64,000 nt of DNA from Rhizaria sp. SCN 62-66. Its lineage: Eukaryota. The number at the start of each line of letters is the position of its first letter. The stretch's first letter is position 1. The stretch covers positions 62,001 through 126,000 of the forward strand of contig MEDY01000101.1 of the NCBI GenBank assembly GCA_001724265.1. Reading direction: 5' to 3'. The translations under genes were made by a program, and so were the position numbers. The notes beneath the pieces are model-generated. The model ran no database searches. It worked only from the letters and a program-made list of their open reading frames with translations, and had not been told where the DNA came from. Positions 1 to 15,000 of this stretch are shown one piece after another.

Positions 1-3000
1 AGGCAATACTGCGTTGTATGCAGTTGGCGACAACAGCCAAATCGGATGGAACCAAGGAGCAGCAACGTCCTCGCCCACCGCGCGCGCAACCGCGCTGTAG
101 CCCCACGCAAGCGCTGCTAAGACACCAAGGGCTAACCTTGCGTCCCGTGCGCACGCTTCGTTGCGCGGGATCGGCGAGCCAGTCGTATGTGGCAGCGCGA
201 TGAGAGCGCGAAGCAGAGCGGCCTCGGTGGCGGAGTGTTCGCTCGACAGCATGTGGCCCGTGATGTGCAGCACACGCAGCGACTCGAGCGCCCACACTGC
301 AACCACACTGGGTGCCGGTACCACCAAGGGGCAAGACCGTGGTGGCATCGTCGGTGACGCCCATCCATCGAGCACTGCAAATGCAGTAGATGAGCCACTC
401 TGACTGTTGTTAGCGCTGAAAGCGGCCAGCGCGGGCACCGCAGTGGCCCAAGACGGTGGACACAGCAATGCGAGCGACGTAGGGTGCCTCCAGAGGCTTG
501 AAGCGGCTGAGACAGCGACGCAGAACTCAACAAGATCATGCTGACGCTTCGCTAAGATGTCGGCCGAGCACGGCGGTGAGTGAACAATCGCAAGAAAAGC
601 GCCAGCGGTTCCTGTAGCGCCAGGCGAGAGTGTGGCAACGCGCGGTGCCCACGCAGTAGCGATTGCTGCGACCGCAGAGTGCAGCGCAGGAGAAACATTC
701 AAATCCGGGGCGCGAGCGGCAAGCGACGACATGATGAGCGCACAGTCAGCGGCGGTGTCCGCAACAGAGGCAGTCGCGCACTTCGATGTGTAGTGCGCGC
801 AGGAAAGTGGGTCAGCGCATGTCAGAATATGAGATGCCTCAGCAAATATTAGTGCAGCAGAGCGCGCAATCGCCGCCGCTTCTGCTGCTGGGCCAGCGCG
901 CGCAGCCTCGGAGAGGTGATCAGCACGACAAGCGGCGAATATGGTCGATGGTTCATGTCCAGAGTGCACAGGAACTGCACGAAGTGCTGTTGTTAAGAAC
1001 AACGCATCTGCTTGCTTAATGACGCCATGTGAAACCAAAACGGCACACAACTGAACAAGAGAGCGCGACTGGGGATCCGTCAAAGAGCAATCAGTGTCTG
1101 TAGCAGAGAAAACAACGCTAGCACTGACAGCAGACGCAGACGAGGAACTCATACTACTATTCGCGGAGCTACTCATCGACAGCCCGTCTGAGTTCAAGGC
1201 CGCAAAAGGCCAGCCAGCCTCGCGCCGCCGCTGTTGCAGCGCATTATCGTCAGCCTCTGTGATCTGCTTGCTGTCGCCGCGCCATTGAGCCACAGGCGCA
1301 CTAGCCCACAGCGTACCTGCAGCTTTGGTCGCTCGGGGGTACTCGGAGCCAAACAGCGCCGCAGTGCCAGCAGCAGACGCCACGCAGTGCAGCGCAGTGT
1401 CCCAGAATCTGTCGGCTGCGGCAGTGAGCGGCTCAGTGACTGCAGAGGATGACGCAGAATGCTCGAACGTAGCCCAGGCAGTGCGCAGTGCCACATCGCC
1501 AGAAAGCGCGAGGAGCTCAAGTGTCTCGACCTCCGAGCGTGAAAGCACGGGCACGCCGCGCACGCCAGCACAGAGACCGGCGCCGAGTTGCAATGCCGCA
1601 GCGGACGCAGCAAGAGAGCGGGGACGCATTACCTCAGACGCAGTGGGCACGACTGAGGCTGCAACGTTGGCGACAGCGGTGGAAGTGCGAGACGGCCAGC
1701 AGCAAACGACGTCAGCACTTTGCGCGGCAGCGTGATGCAAAAAGCGCAGCAGCCGTTGAGTTTCCGCAGCGACGTTCTTCGACGTAGTCCCAAAAATTAA
1801 ACCACCAGTGTTTGTGCTCGTGTTGGGGTTGCAAACGTCATCGGTACGCCAACGCGCGCCGAGCGCTGTCAAAGCCCGCTCAAATGCAGCCGCATCTCCG
1901 GTTGCGTCAAAGGCTTCGCACGCGGACATGAGCACAGGATCACGACCCCGCAGCGCGAGAAGCGGCGTGCCTTGTGCCGTGAGAGCGCCGAGTGCAGTCA
2001 AAGCAGCAGTAGCCGACTCCCACATCGCGGTCACAGCAGCAACACGGTCGGGGTCTGATGGCGGCTGCGCCATCAAAGCCTCCAGAACACTGGGCTCCTG
2101 AGCGGACGTGAGGGCGCTGCCGTAGACGGCGGTTAACGGCAGCCGAATCGCGTTGCTTGCACTGCTTCTCGAGTCACCGCGGGCATTACTGCCGATAAAT
2201 AGCGATTGCGCCTCGGAAACAGCGACTGCAAGTGTATGTGCGTGTGTGCGCGCGTGGGCCCACTGAGCGGATGCGACTGTAGCCAGCGGTTGCGCGGAAT
2301 TGCAGTCGTCACTTTCGCTGTCTGATACAGACTGCACATGCACAGGGGAATGGGTACGGTGATACTTCCGCAGCAACTGTGCGCGCTCACGTTGGAACGC
2401 ATCCTCAGCAGCCTTGGCATTGGCATTACCGTTGTTGTTATGCTGTGAAGTGAAAGAGAGACTAGACCGGCGCTCTCCCGCCATTGATGCGGTGCCACCG
2501 ACAGCGCTGCCGCGCCGCAGTATCATGCCACCGCTACCGCTGTTGCGACGTGCACCAGGTCCAGCACCGATAACTACGCTGGAGCGCCGGGGCTGCGCGA
2601 ACGACACCTCGTCCTCCGAGCCTTCCTCCGTGAACACTGCCAGCGGTGGCGGCACAAAACGAACGCCGAGGCCGCCCTGGTCCCCCGAGAACGACGTGCG
2701 CTTACCATCGTTGCCCCGCAGGTCCCCAGTGTGCTGCTGGAAAGTCGACGTGAGCGACAGCGGTGAAGGCAAGTAGCCATTAAGAGCGCTGTGTGGGGAA
2801 GGGTTTTCCTCGGTTGCGATGGTGAGGGTGAGGCGGTGCGGGGCGCGCGGGTTAAACCGGGCGTTCTCAAAGGGGCGGGGGGATGCGTCCACGTTGTTGC
2901 CACCAGCAGTCGCAGACGTTGGAGATGTGACAGAAATCGCCACTGGGCCGCGGCGAGGGGTGCCGTTGGCAATGACACTCCGGCGGCGACTCTGGCTGTA

Positions 3001-6000
3001 TCCGCCAGCAAAGCTATAGCTGTGGCTGTGGTTCGTTGTCACAGAGCTTGAATCAATCAGGGAACTATCGCGAGACGTCGCTGAATGAGGAGAGCCACCA
3101 TCACCAGCACCAGCGCCAGTGCCAGCGTCCGTCGCAGCTGCATAGGCACGCGCGCTCAACGGCGCATGCTGTTGCACGTGCATCAGAGGCGACCCGTTCT
3201 TGCCAGCAGAGCCGGAACCTGTCGTATTCAGGCACAATGAAGCAGGAAGCGCCAATGCGGTGCGCACGAAATGCTCAACAGCAGCGGCGATGTAACCATC
3301 GACGTTGATACCGCTCAGCACCGCCGGCGTTCCCCAGACCGTCCAGCCGACGGGGGACCCGAGCGCCGAGTGCGGGCCGCGGGGGCGGGTCGCGCCAACT
3401 GAGGGCGACGACGGAGGTGACCAGTCGACGACTTCGTTATCCTCGTTGTTCACCTGGCGCGAGTCGTGGGCATCGTCGTCTCCGGTCGGGTACCTGTCGA
3501 GCACCAGGGCGCGGAGCTCGGGGCTCGCGCCGGGCAGCTCGCTGAGGCAAGACGAGCCGGAGTGCGGCGAGCCCGTGCGCAGCAACGGAGACGCTGTGAA
3601 ACCGTCAGCGGCAAAGGGGCCCGCTGCAGAGGTTGGTGTCACGCTCGCACGCGCGGCGTTGGAGGAAGAGGGCTGCACTGCAGAGACACTGGAGCCGCGG
3701 GTGCGCGTTGCAGCAGTGATGTTCGCTGCGGTGGAGTCGCGCGGGCGAACGGAAGGGCCAAGCATGGGCGTGCGCGATACAGCCTTTGCACTCCCAGTCG
3801 CAGCGTTGGCGTTACGGTGCGCCGGGGACGAGCCGGCAAACGCAGTGGGGCCGACAAACGGCGAGAGCGATACGATACTGAACCCGCCACCACCAGCGCT
3901 AGCGGCCATAGCCGGAAACATGAGCTGGTTATCCGTCATGGCGTGATCGGCGTCGAGATGGAACACGTCGTCATCGTCGCCACCATCCGTGTATCGCTGC
4001 AGGCCCCAGTTGCTCACAGTCTCACCACTAGCAGCGGGGTTCATGAGAGACTCTGGGGGGTGACCGAGAAGCAACGAGCACAGATAAGCAATGTCTGCCG
4101 GTGGCGCAGAGTCTAGGTCGCGGAGACGGCAGATACCACCGACAGCAAGCGTCAAGAAGCGCTTACACTGTGCGTTTTCAGTCGCACGAGCGCGGCTTAA
4201 AAGCGCGAGCGATAGATGGCTCCAAGCACGCGCAAACGCGGTGCTATTGCCAAGATGCGGTGCGGCCTCAAGAGCTGCGGCGAGCGAGTACAAAGACGGA
4301 CAGTGCACGTAGACGGTGTCCTCAAGTCCCCTCGCCTGAGCTGATGACAGCACACGAGCAGCGCAAAGGGACTCAATGGCGCGACAGAGGGTGATGCGAA
4401 GCTGTGCGCGTGTGTATGGCAGAGAAGCCGCAAGCCACGCTCGCGGGTGCAGCGACGGCGGGAGACCGGAGGCCGCAGGCAGTGTCGGGAATAACAAAGC
4501 GCGCGCATCAAGCGCAGACGGCTTGCGGAACGACGCACCGAGACGTTGAAGAGTGTCTAACAGCTCGGCAACAGCAGAAGAGTCGTTGGGGGTCTCGGCC
4601 CAAACAGCCACAGCTGCAAACAGTACAGGCGTAAACACGAGCTGGTGCTGTTGGGAAGCAACTGAGGATGATGTTCCAGTGGAAGGATCGCGACGGCTAG
4701 CTTGCGGTGTGTTGCTCGTGCTATGAACACCAGGCTTACCTGTAACGTTGTCCGGCAGCGCGGCCGCAGCGAGCGCGGCAGTGCCGGTGATGCTTCCACG
4801 ACGCATCAGTCTTGCCAGCGCTGCGTCAGGCACCGCAGCCGCATGCGGGGGCACGAGTCCTGCGGGCGCAGCGGCGGGGCCGTGGGCAGGATCCAGCGGG
4901 TACACGGGGCGACCTTCGGCGAGGTCGACGAGGAACCTGCCGTCACTGGCCGAGACGGACACCGCCGCGGCCTCCTGCGCCCAGAGGCGCGCTGCAGGCT
5001 GCAGTGCGGTGCAGAGCGCGGTGTACTCGCGGTCAAGCGCGTGCGCCAGTGTGTCCCAGAGCTCGCGCGAGGGCTTCGCAGCTGTGAACGCACGGCGGGC
5101 AAGGGCGCGGGCAGGTTTAGCAATGGAGTCGTTCGAAGAGTTGCTGTTTTCGTCGTCGTCAGTTGTCGTGGCAAGCAAGGCATCAAGAGAAAAGTCAGTG
5201 AAATCGCTGCTGCTCGAACCACTGTAATTGCCTGTCTTGTTCCAGTTTGGTGCAACATGAGTTACAGTTTGTTGTTGTTGACTACCGTTCGACTGAGGTG
5301 GCTGAGGTGCGACAGTGCTATTAGCATATCCTGTGAAACGAGCCGTGGGTACAGCTGTTGAATAACGACCACGACCGTCGTGGTGACGCTTTCCACCATA
5401 CCCATCAACGTCGTCATCATCATCGCTGCTGCCATCATCAGAGCTCGCGCCGGGGCTACGATAACGGTTACGACCGTACTTGTGTCTGACAGCGTCATCA
5501 TTGCTGTCGCTGCCGCTGTTGCGCGCATAGCCGCGGTAACCAGGCCTGCGAACAGCATAGTGCCGACCCTGTGATGCCGCAGCGCCGGTTTTGTTGCTGC
5601 CAGCCGCTTCCTCCTCCTCCTCCTCGCTCTCATCGCTGTCGCCGGTGTCCTCTGCAGCGGGCCGCGGCGAGTGAAACACGGGTCCACGGGTGCGCGTCGA
5701 AGACTGTGGAGCGGCATCTTCGTTAGCACCAGAGTCGGCGTGCAGGTCAAGGTTGAACCGGAAATGCGAGGCAGATGTGCTCAGGCGCGGTGCTGAAGGA
5801 ATGTGCATCTCCTCAGACTTACTGCTCGAGGCGGAGAGGATGGTGGAAGAGTTCGCCTTAGATTCAGAGTCGAACTCTGAGTCAGATACTGAATCGTAAT
5901 CTGAGTCGGACTCTGTGTCGCTTTCGCTGTGGTCCATATCATTGGAATAAACGTCACCAAACATGACAGCATCGAACCCACTCACACGGGTGACATCGCC

Positions 6001-9000
6001 ACCGGCCACCTCAAATGCAGCGTTCACTGCGTTGTTGACCGTGGTAGCCGCAGCGACCGCATCTGCTGCCCAGAGGTCCGCGGCCGCCGCGACGGTTGAG
6101 TCACCTCGCTCTGCCATTGACTCGACAGCGTGAACTTCATCATACGACAGCCGGCCGCGGGCGTGGGCGAGCTCTAAAAACACACGCAGTGGCGCGCGCT
6201 CAGGAGCGAGCGTCGACGCGCTGGCGAGCGCAATGCGCCGCACAGTGTCGAGCAAGTCGCGCCACGCAGCAGGAGACACAGTGCCAGAGGGGTCTTCGCA
6301 GCGTGCGAGAGCGGGGAAAGGGGTTGCATCGTCGCCAGTGATGAGGGAAAGCTTGGGGCGTGGGGACTGGAGAGCTGCGTCAAGTGCAGCGGCCCAGGCG
6401 GCCTCAAGAGCAACGTTGCGACCAGTCGCGAGCGTTGCGCGGAGTCTGTCTGCGTCGGTGGGAGACACAGCGCGCGCCTGCTCGAGCTGAAGAATCGCCT
6501 CAAGCAACAGTGATCGCGACTCCGCACACTGACGCTGGCCAGCCCACAGCGTCACATCATCCTCGCCAAGCCCAACGCTGCTCAGCGATGCGGCAAAATG
6601 GCGCGAGTCGAGAGAAAGAGCGAAATCGGGTGGGGGCGTGGACACAAAGTGCGCCATGGAAAGCCCTACCGCGTGTAGAGGCGGCGACGCGTACGCCAGC
6701 GCTGCAAACGCTCTTGAGTCGGGCTCTGTCGCCGAGACAGAGCTTGACCCACCGGTCGAGCTCGAGTCGGAGTCAGAGTATAGACTAGCGTCATCGTCGT
6801 CTGAACTAATCTCAGACTCGGAGTTGGTGTCACTTCCACAATCAGACTCAGAATCCATCACACTCCACTGCTCCCGATGCAATAAGTGTTGCTGGTGCGC
6901 AGTGACCGAAGTGCTGGGCGAAGCAAGAATGCGATTGCGAGGATGAAGCAAGGAATAGCGACCCGCAGACGCAACATCAAACACTGCCTTCCCAGAGGTT
7001 TTGCCGTTCGCGGTTGCCGTGGCCGCTGTGATAGAGCGCACGCGCTGGCGCAACGGCAGCCTCTGCGCCAGGTAACGGCTGACTGAATCGATGAGTTCAG
7101 CCCACGCCACACGCGCGCGGCCCTGAATAAGCGCGAGCAGCCGAACGGGAACACGCTCGCTGGCACCGTTGTCAAAGTCGTCGTCGTCCTCAAGGCCTTG
7201 GTCAGGGCTGCCGTCTGCTGCCACGGCGCGGTGCCGTGACGCAGGGAAACGCTGGGAAGATGACGAAAACTGCGTGAACCCAAAGCCGTAGTTGCTGCTA
7301 AAAGCTGTCGCTGTCGGTGTGATGGGGCCGCGGCGTGGAAGTGCGTACTGTTTGCTGACGCCACTTGCGCTCGCACTGGAGCCCACAACAGAACCCGAGT
7401 CCGCGCGCAGACTAAAACTGCGCGCAGTGGGGTTGTAGCCAGTCAGAGCGTGCAGCAGCGGCAGTGGCGCAGCGGCCCAGTCCTCGACCGCACTGGGCGC
7501 AGACGCGATCGCAGCCACCGTCTCACACGCGGAGGCGGTGAGGAATTGCGACAGCGCGGCCGTCAGCGCGGGGTCGTTGAGGTACACGCCGAGCTGCAGC
7601 TGCGCGTGGCCGAGCGGCGAAATCACGCCGCGGTGCGCCAAGTACCCGCTGAGCAGCAGGTATAGCGTTGGCGTGCGCACGCGGCCCTGCAGCGGCTGCT
7701 GCGCCTCGCCGTCGTCTGCTACATCGCGGTCACTGCGTGAGAAGCGAAGACCACTGGCCTGGGGCGACAGGGAAGGCAGCGCGGAGCCGCGGAATCGAGA
7801 GAGGGCGGTTGGGGAGACCGTGAAAGGGCCGGCGTAATAAGAAGCGGCTACAGATACGGCTGCAGGAGGGTCAGGAAGAAGCAATGCAACGAGAATGTCT
7901 TCTGTAATGTTCGCGCTCTCAGCATCGGCGCCACTGTCAGAGTCGCCATCTTCAAGCTCATCGTCATCGCCGAACTCGCTCTGAGACGCGCGCGCGATGA
8001 CATTGCTGATTGTGGGACTGTTGCTAGATGTGGACGCCGCGGGGGGCGCAACCCAACTGCATGCGAGCCGTGTAAGCGTATCGCCAGCCTCTAACAGCGT
8101 AGATGTCAGGAACGCGGAGGCAGGGAGCGAATCAAGCGTCACGGCACCGTCTGCCAGGGTACGAGTCGTGCTGCTGCTCTCGCCGGCACTAGTATCGACA
8201 GGGGACGACGCCGTCGTCGCGCTAGGAAGCAGGGGCGACCGTATGTCATTACATCGAGTTGGCGGGACACACGTACCCGCCGAGGATCCATCGGGGCTCA
8301 GCGTAGCAGACTCCAGTGCGTCGCTCTTGGATGTGGCAACGTTCGCTGCCAGAGCAGAAACGGTAGTTAACGAAACTGGCGATGCGGCGGCAAACTCTTC
8401 TAAGCACGCCAGCAGCACGGGGTCATTCTTACGTGCCAAGGACCGTAAGTGAGCGACGTGAGCGGGAGCCAGCAGCGGTGGCGCAGTCCAGAAGCGCCTG
8501 CCCACAGGGCCGCCGGAACCGACGGCGACGCTCCACTGCGACATTGCGCTGCCGGGGCCGCTGCGGCTGTGGTAAGATATGCCGGAGCCCACGGCAGAGC
8601 CAGAGGCCAGGTCGACCGAGGTACTCGATTCGCCGGCGGCCGTGGGCGTCGGCGCGGCCGAGGCGGCTGCGGAGGCAGACACGGCAAGCGCGCGGGCCGC
8701 GGGGGAGCGGGGCGCGCGGCGCTTGCTGTGCTTGCTTCCACGCGGCAAAGGCAGCGAGTGGAGCAAACCGACAGGCTTCAGCGCGACGTGTTCTGTGCTG
8801 GCCGGCGTTGAATCAGGAGCGTGAGTCCTGTCATCAGTATATAGAGTAACAGTGAGCGACGTCAGTGACGGCGGCAGCGGCTCACGCCTCGCAACGGGCG
8901 CAGCGTCCTCGGCAGCGCCCACTGCGCAAGCGTCCGCGGCGCCGACGACGGCACCGAGCCGCAGGTGCGCATGCAAGCTGTCGCGCGGGGGGGCGACACC

Positions 9001-12000
9001 GAGGCGAGGCAGCTGCAGCGACGGGAGCGCGCCGGATGCGGCTGCCGCGGCCGTGGCGGCGATGGCAGCCGCGGTAGCGGCGCGGGCGGCAGCTGAAGCA
9101 TGCGCGGGCAGCACGTTCGCAGCTGCAACTGCGTGCTGGTGAACATACTCGAGAACGTACAGGGCAGCATCAAGCTGGGTGGTGAGAGCGCGCGCAGCAG
9201 TGTCTGCACGGAAGCGTAGAAGCGTGCGCAAGGAAGCTGAGAGCGCAGCCCAAGCCTGCGTACGTCGGGAGATGATAAATGAAGACATAGAGGCCGCAGG
9301 TGCGGATCGTGTGTTTGCGACAGATGCACTCACTCCAGAGCTCTTCAAGTCACGGTCTGATTCTGCGGAAGAGTTAAGCAAATCGTCGAGTTCAGAGTCG
9401 CTTGTGGAGCAGGAAGAGTGGCTGTCGCTCCTGGTCGGCACAGTGCGGTGCGACAGCAAACCAGCGGGCGACGCCACCGAGAGACGTTCGACAGCACCAG
9501 CACGAAGCCAATCCTCGCACACAGCCAGCAACTGCGAGTCCCTCGCGTAAACAAGCCAGTCAAGCAGATCAGCCTCAGTAGCGTCCAACGCGCCGCTGTG
9601 ACGAAGCCTGGCGACTGCGGCCAACAAGGTCAGCTCATCACTGGCGTAGAAAGCAGGTGCAGTCGACGCAAGCAGCGACGCGGCAGCGGCAGAGAAAGAG
9701 AGAGTGCCGTCGCGCGCTGGCGGGTGCAGCCACGAGCAGAGGATGCCGGCAGTCAATGCGCACTCTGACGGAGCCGCAAGCGCACGCCGCCAACGACGAC
9801 CGAGTGCGCAGAGTGTCTCCTCCGTCTCCATCTGCAACGCGTCTGCAACAGCACGCTCCTGCTTCGACACGGAACCATCCCGTGCAAACGTGCTGGAGAT
9901 TGGCAATGCGCCGGTATTGTTGCCGTGTGTGAACTCCGACTCCGCGGCGCATATGGCATGGGTGGACAGGGCCGCAAAGAGAGCTGAGTCGCGCGCGTCG
10001 ACAAGACAGCGCAAGTAGTGTGCGTCAGAAGAGGGGAGGCGGTGTGTGGTAATAAGGCGCGCGATGGTGACATGCGCGGTTGCGACAAGATCGAGATGCT
10101 GAGCCTGTGTGTCTGCGTCCTGGGCCGCTGTCACAGCATCGAAGTAGGCAGACAGAGAGCTGCGTGTAACTGCAAGCATCGAGAGCGGAACTGTCATAAA
10201 TCCGTCACCGTTGATGTTGTGATACTCTGCAGAGCTCATGGGCACGGGCAAACGGACCGCAAGCGGGGGCTCAATCCCAACCAGCATGACGTCATGGCCA
10301 AGCTCTGTCGCAGTGATATCGGTGCCGTTAAACGCCATCTCCGCGGTCAGTGCCGCGTTTACGCTGTCTCCTAACACAGCGTTCGCCGCGGTCGCAACAG
10401 CAGGGTCGCGAAGATACAGCAGAGCGTCAAGGGCCTCAGTCGCGGTGCGAGAACCGACACAGAGCGGCGCGGCGAGCGCGCGCGCTGCGCGGAAAAGTGG
10501 AGGTAAGCGTGACTCATCGCGCCACGACGCGGCCACGGTAAGCAGCGCAGACTGGAGCGCAGCGTTGGTCCAGCCGACAAGCGCGGTGCGCGTGGCGTCC
10601 GCGGCGACCGAGAGCACGCAGTGGCGCGGGTCGCTGAGAACGGTGCGCAGCACGGAGCAGTGCGGGCTCGGGGGCGCGCACGAGACGTAGTGCCACCAAA
10701 CGGTCCCGTTGTCTCTCTCTACATTGATTGTTGAGGAAATCGGGAAGAGAGCCAAAAAGCTCAAACGGTCGAAATCGTCGTCGGTGCACTCGGACTCGGG
10801 CTCAGTGTTACTGCGGGTGAACTGCTCAAGACGCTTCGCCGCAGCCAGTGCCTCACCTGCGTTCAAACACACGTCAGCGTCGACAGCACCGCCAAGAGCA
10901 ACTGAAAGAGCTTGCGGCGACAGCGGGACAGCAACAACGTGTAACTGATCAAGCGCATCGCCACCGAGCACGAGTGCACAAACACGGTTTTGTGCGGCCG
11001 CAAATCGGGCATCAAATGAAGCGTTGCACTCAGGCTCCGAAAGCATCGAGCGAAGGTGAACAAAGTCAACCTGTGACAGTGACTGAGAGCGCACCAGCTC
11101 GCCCAGCGCGGTCCGCGGGCACTGTAGCGCGAGAGCGGGTGCAGATGGGAAAGGCGGAGGCAAAGTAGGTTGCTCATGCGTAACCACGGGACCGCCGTCA
11201 GGGTCTGGGTCAGAAGAAAAGTTGGTGCGTGGGGAGTCTCGAACAGTAGGCACCACAGAAGCGTCGGAGTTTGTGATAGAGCTCTGCTGCGAGACGTCTT
11301 GAGTCACAAGTTCAGGCTCAAGCACGGCGCCGTCCTCATCCTGGATGGCCTGCTCAACAATCGCAGTCGCCGCCTCGGGGATTGCGGGCAGGACAGTGTT
11401 GCTGCGCATGTTATCAGTCGCGTCAAGGGCCTTCACAGACAGCATATCACTGTCGGCTTCAGCCTCAGTCGTCGTCAACAACATTGCAGCTTCGGTCTCA
11501 GCAACAAACCGTGCCTCTTCCGCGGCCTCCTCTTCCGCAGCCGCTACAGCCGCCGTGTCGTCGTTGGCGATGGCGCCTCTTGTGACGCCACAGCATCGCT
11601 CGCGCGCAGCAATATCTTCAGCAAACCACAGCTTCGCAAGCCGACGCACGCAGGCCACGAGACCAAGCGCGTCCATAGAAGCGCGCGCGCGCAGCCACAA
11701 CAGTGCCAGAGTCAGTGCACGCGCATCACGTGGCGCGGACGTGGTGAGTGCGGTGCGAACCGAGGGCGAGCAGGCGCACAGCGGGGCCGGGACAGGGGCC
11801 AGCGTGTTGGGGGGCGCGATTGTGTGTGAGAACACGACTTCAGCAAGTGACAACGACTCAGGCTCCGACTCCACGCAAGTCGCGACAGCATCGGTGCCGT
11901 TGGTGAAGCGGTCAGGAGTTGTTGCAGGCAGCCCAGCCCCAGCAGCCGCGGGCACGCGAAGGGCGCTGCGGCGGAGCGAAGTGGCTTCCAGTGGCGTGAG

Positions 12001-15000
12001 AGCAAAGCCGGCCTCAAGCTCGTCCACAAAAGATATCATCGCCTGTGGAACGTCAGCAGCTGCGGTCGACGCGGCCAGTGCGATGGCGTGGAAAACGCTT
12101 GAGGCAAATGTGGGCACAATCAGGCAAGAGGACGCAAGAGCAAGTGCCGGGATAGTAGCCGCAGGCAGGGGTGCGTCTGACTTGACAGCGCCATTGTGTA
12201 GCATAGTGAGAGAGCTTGACAGGATGACATCATCAGAGACTCCGGGAAAGCATTGGTGCACGAGCGGCCGCACTTCTGCGATACTGTTACAACAGTCTTT
12301 GCCCGCAACAGCAGAAGTGCATAGCGCGAGCTGACTCGCGAAGAGCTGCGTCAGCGCCGGCGGCTGTCCTGCGCACATCATCTGCTCCAGCGTCATGGCA
12401 TCGGCAAACCTGAGCCAGCGCGGGCGCGCCAGTGTGAGTGCGTAGATGGACCGCGCACACGCGCGCTGCGCGGTGGACCAGGCCTCCTCGACGCGGCGCG
12501 CGACGGCGGCGGACGCGGCGGCGAGGAACGGCAGTGGGTCGTCGGTGGCCACAGAGAGCGCGATAGCATCGTGCAGCGCGCGGCGCACAGGCACCGGCGC
12601 GCAGCGGAGGTCGAAGTGCAGCATCGGCGTCTCACTCCGCGTGATGAGGCCCAGCGCAGCCAGGTCGCAGACCGTGCGCGACGCAACTTGCGCGGCAGTG
12701 TCCTCGGTGCGGCATAGCGCGGTCAGCGTGGAGCAAAGCTCGTCCCAAGCGCGCAGACTCGCGTTCTGCTTCTCGGCGGTAAGGGGCGCTACTGCACTTG
12801 CGTTCGGATCAGACGCAGACTCTGATGTGTCGATGTTGCTGAGGTACATGTCAATCGCGGCAAGCGCGACCGAGTGCGCCGCAGTCACTGCAGATAGCAG
12901 GAATGCGTGGTCGCATGGCGAGATCGCGCCGGCGCAGCGCAGCACTGAGAGCACAGTCAACGGAGTCAGCGCGGGACGCACCAGCGCGGCAGACAGCGGG
13001 CGCAGGTGAGTGAGCGGAGTTGGGCTATAAGAGCTCAAAGCGAAGGGTGATGTGGCACACGCAGATGCCATAGCATTCTGATGGTCGCAACCGTTTGAGT
13101 GCAAGGCCGTGTCAATATTCGTTTTGACAGAGTCGCAGAGCCCACACAGCATGCAGCGCCCGTCACACGCCGCGTCATCGTGACACGCAGCGCTGGCGAC
13201 GAAGGGCGCGCAGAGCGTGGGGACCGAGAGGCCCGTGCGCGGGAGCGGCGCGTACGTGCGGGCGTGAGCGGGGCGCAGCGCGGCGTAGGTCGCAGCCAGG
13301 TCGAAGGTACCGAAGCTGTCGGTGCTCAAGTCAAGCACGGTGATGTCGAGCGCTGCAGTCGCATTCTGGGCGGCCTTCGCTTCGTCAGCTGTGTTGCAGA
13401 GTGAAGGCTCGCCAATAGAAGTGTTGAGGTCATTGTCTTCGGCGGTAACGCCATTATCAATCGCTGTCATATAAAGCGCTGAGTCTTGTTCAGAGTCAAC
13501 ACTGGCAGTATTATCGAGGTTGTGACTCGCGCCAGCAGCAAGCACGGGACCGGTGGCAAGAACCGAACCGTTGCAGTCGCTGTACACGGCGTCATGCTCC
13601 AGCACACAGCTGACATCGAGAACGCTGGACTCTGGCCATGCGTCAGAGTCTTTGCCCAGAGCCGCAGCGCTGGTGAAAGACGCGAGCGCAAGAACTGAGG
13701 CCGATAAAGCGGCAGTTTGCTCGGGGAACATGTTCGCAACAAGCGCAGTCCCGTCGACAGAGCTGACGTCGCTATCCGACCCTTGTGTTGGGGTGGCAGC
13801 TGCAGTAACAACAGTGCATGTGTCCGCGTGTGGCTTCGCGATTGCGCTATCAATCTCAAGACTGTCAACGTTCTTGTTGTCAGCAAACGCAGTGAAGCTT
13901 GAATACGCAGTGTTTCGTGCACTATCAACTGCAAAGTCATTCGAGGCTTTACTGTGGTTTTCGCAAATAGACGGGTGGCTTGTGTGGCGTCTAATGACCG
14001 AGCGCGCCGTGTCCGCAAACTCGGTCAAATCGAGCGTCTCGAAGTACACTGTTGCCGCGGACAACAGCGTCAAGTCACCGTTGAGCACGCGCACCGCAAG
14101 GTACAGCACTCGCGGACTCAGCGGCTCGCAGTCATCGTCATGCGCGCCTGCGGTAAGTGCACGTGCGCAGATCGGCGAGCTCAGCAGCGTGAGCGTGATG
14201 CCGGGCAGCGACGAGCCGTAAAAGTACGACAACAGCGCTACAACGCCGCGTAACGCACTCGCATACAGTGCAACCGCGGCGTCGGCATGCAAAGCGCCCG
14301 TACTAGAGCTGCGCAATGTGGAGGTGCTGGCCGTGGCTTCGGACGGGATGAGGGGGCGGAACGAGTCGGCACACGCGTCCACCGTGGCGGCGCCAGCGCC
14401 GGAGACGGGGGGGAAACTTGCAGCGCGGGGGATTTGCTCATCAGACAGCTCAGGCAGCACAATAGCTCCACTGTGACGGTACGCAGCGCCGACGTCCGCG
14501 CGCCCGTCACTAAGGTTGTGGGTGTGGCCAGCGGTCGCGACGGCGGTGTGGAGAGAGTCGAGCGCGACGCAGACCGCACGGTCGTTGTTCTTGAGGCAGT
14601 GCATGAGGACGACTGCGTCCAGAGACGAGATGTGGTCCGCGGCCACAAGGGCGCGCAGAAGTTTGATAACTTTGGCCGGGAAAGTAGCGTGGGGCGCGGT
14701 GGCGCGGCGTGCAGCAGTCGCACTCCCCGACTCAGCGTCAACAGTGGAAGACGAGGAGCTAGTGCTCGGGAGCAGAGAAGCGGGTGGTTGGCAGTACGGC
14801 GCGTCGAGTGCGGGTCCACTAACAACAGGCACGGTAGTATGCACCGAGTTCGAGTCTGCGAATGCCGGCAGAGGCGTCTTAGGCGGAGCGGAGCGGCGGC
14901 GTGCGATGGAGAGCAGAGTGTCGAGGAACTAGGGCACGTTGCCGTCTTCTTCGAACTGGAAGCACGCCGAGACAAGCACGGTGTCTTCGACAGAGCAAAG

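Noticed and set aside
14929-14937. Possible 9-nt micro-intron GTGCCCTAG removing the TAG
   Set aside because: It is shorter than any spliceosomal intron I know of, its donor does not match the GTHCG consensus, and removal would break the gap-free repeat alignment.
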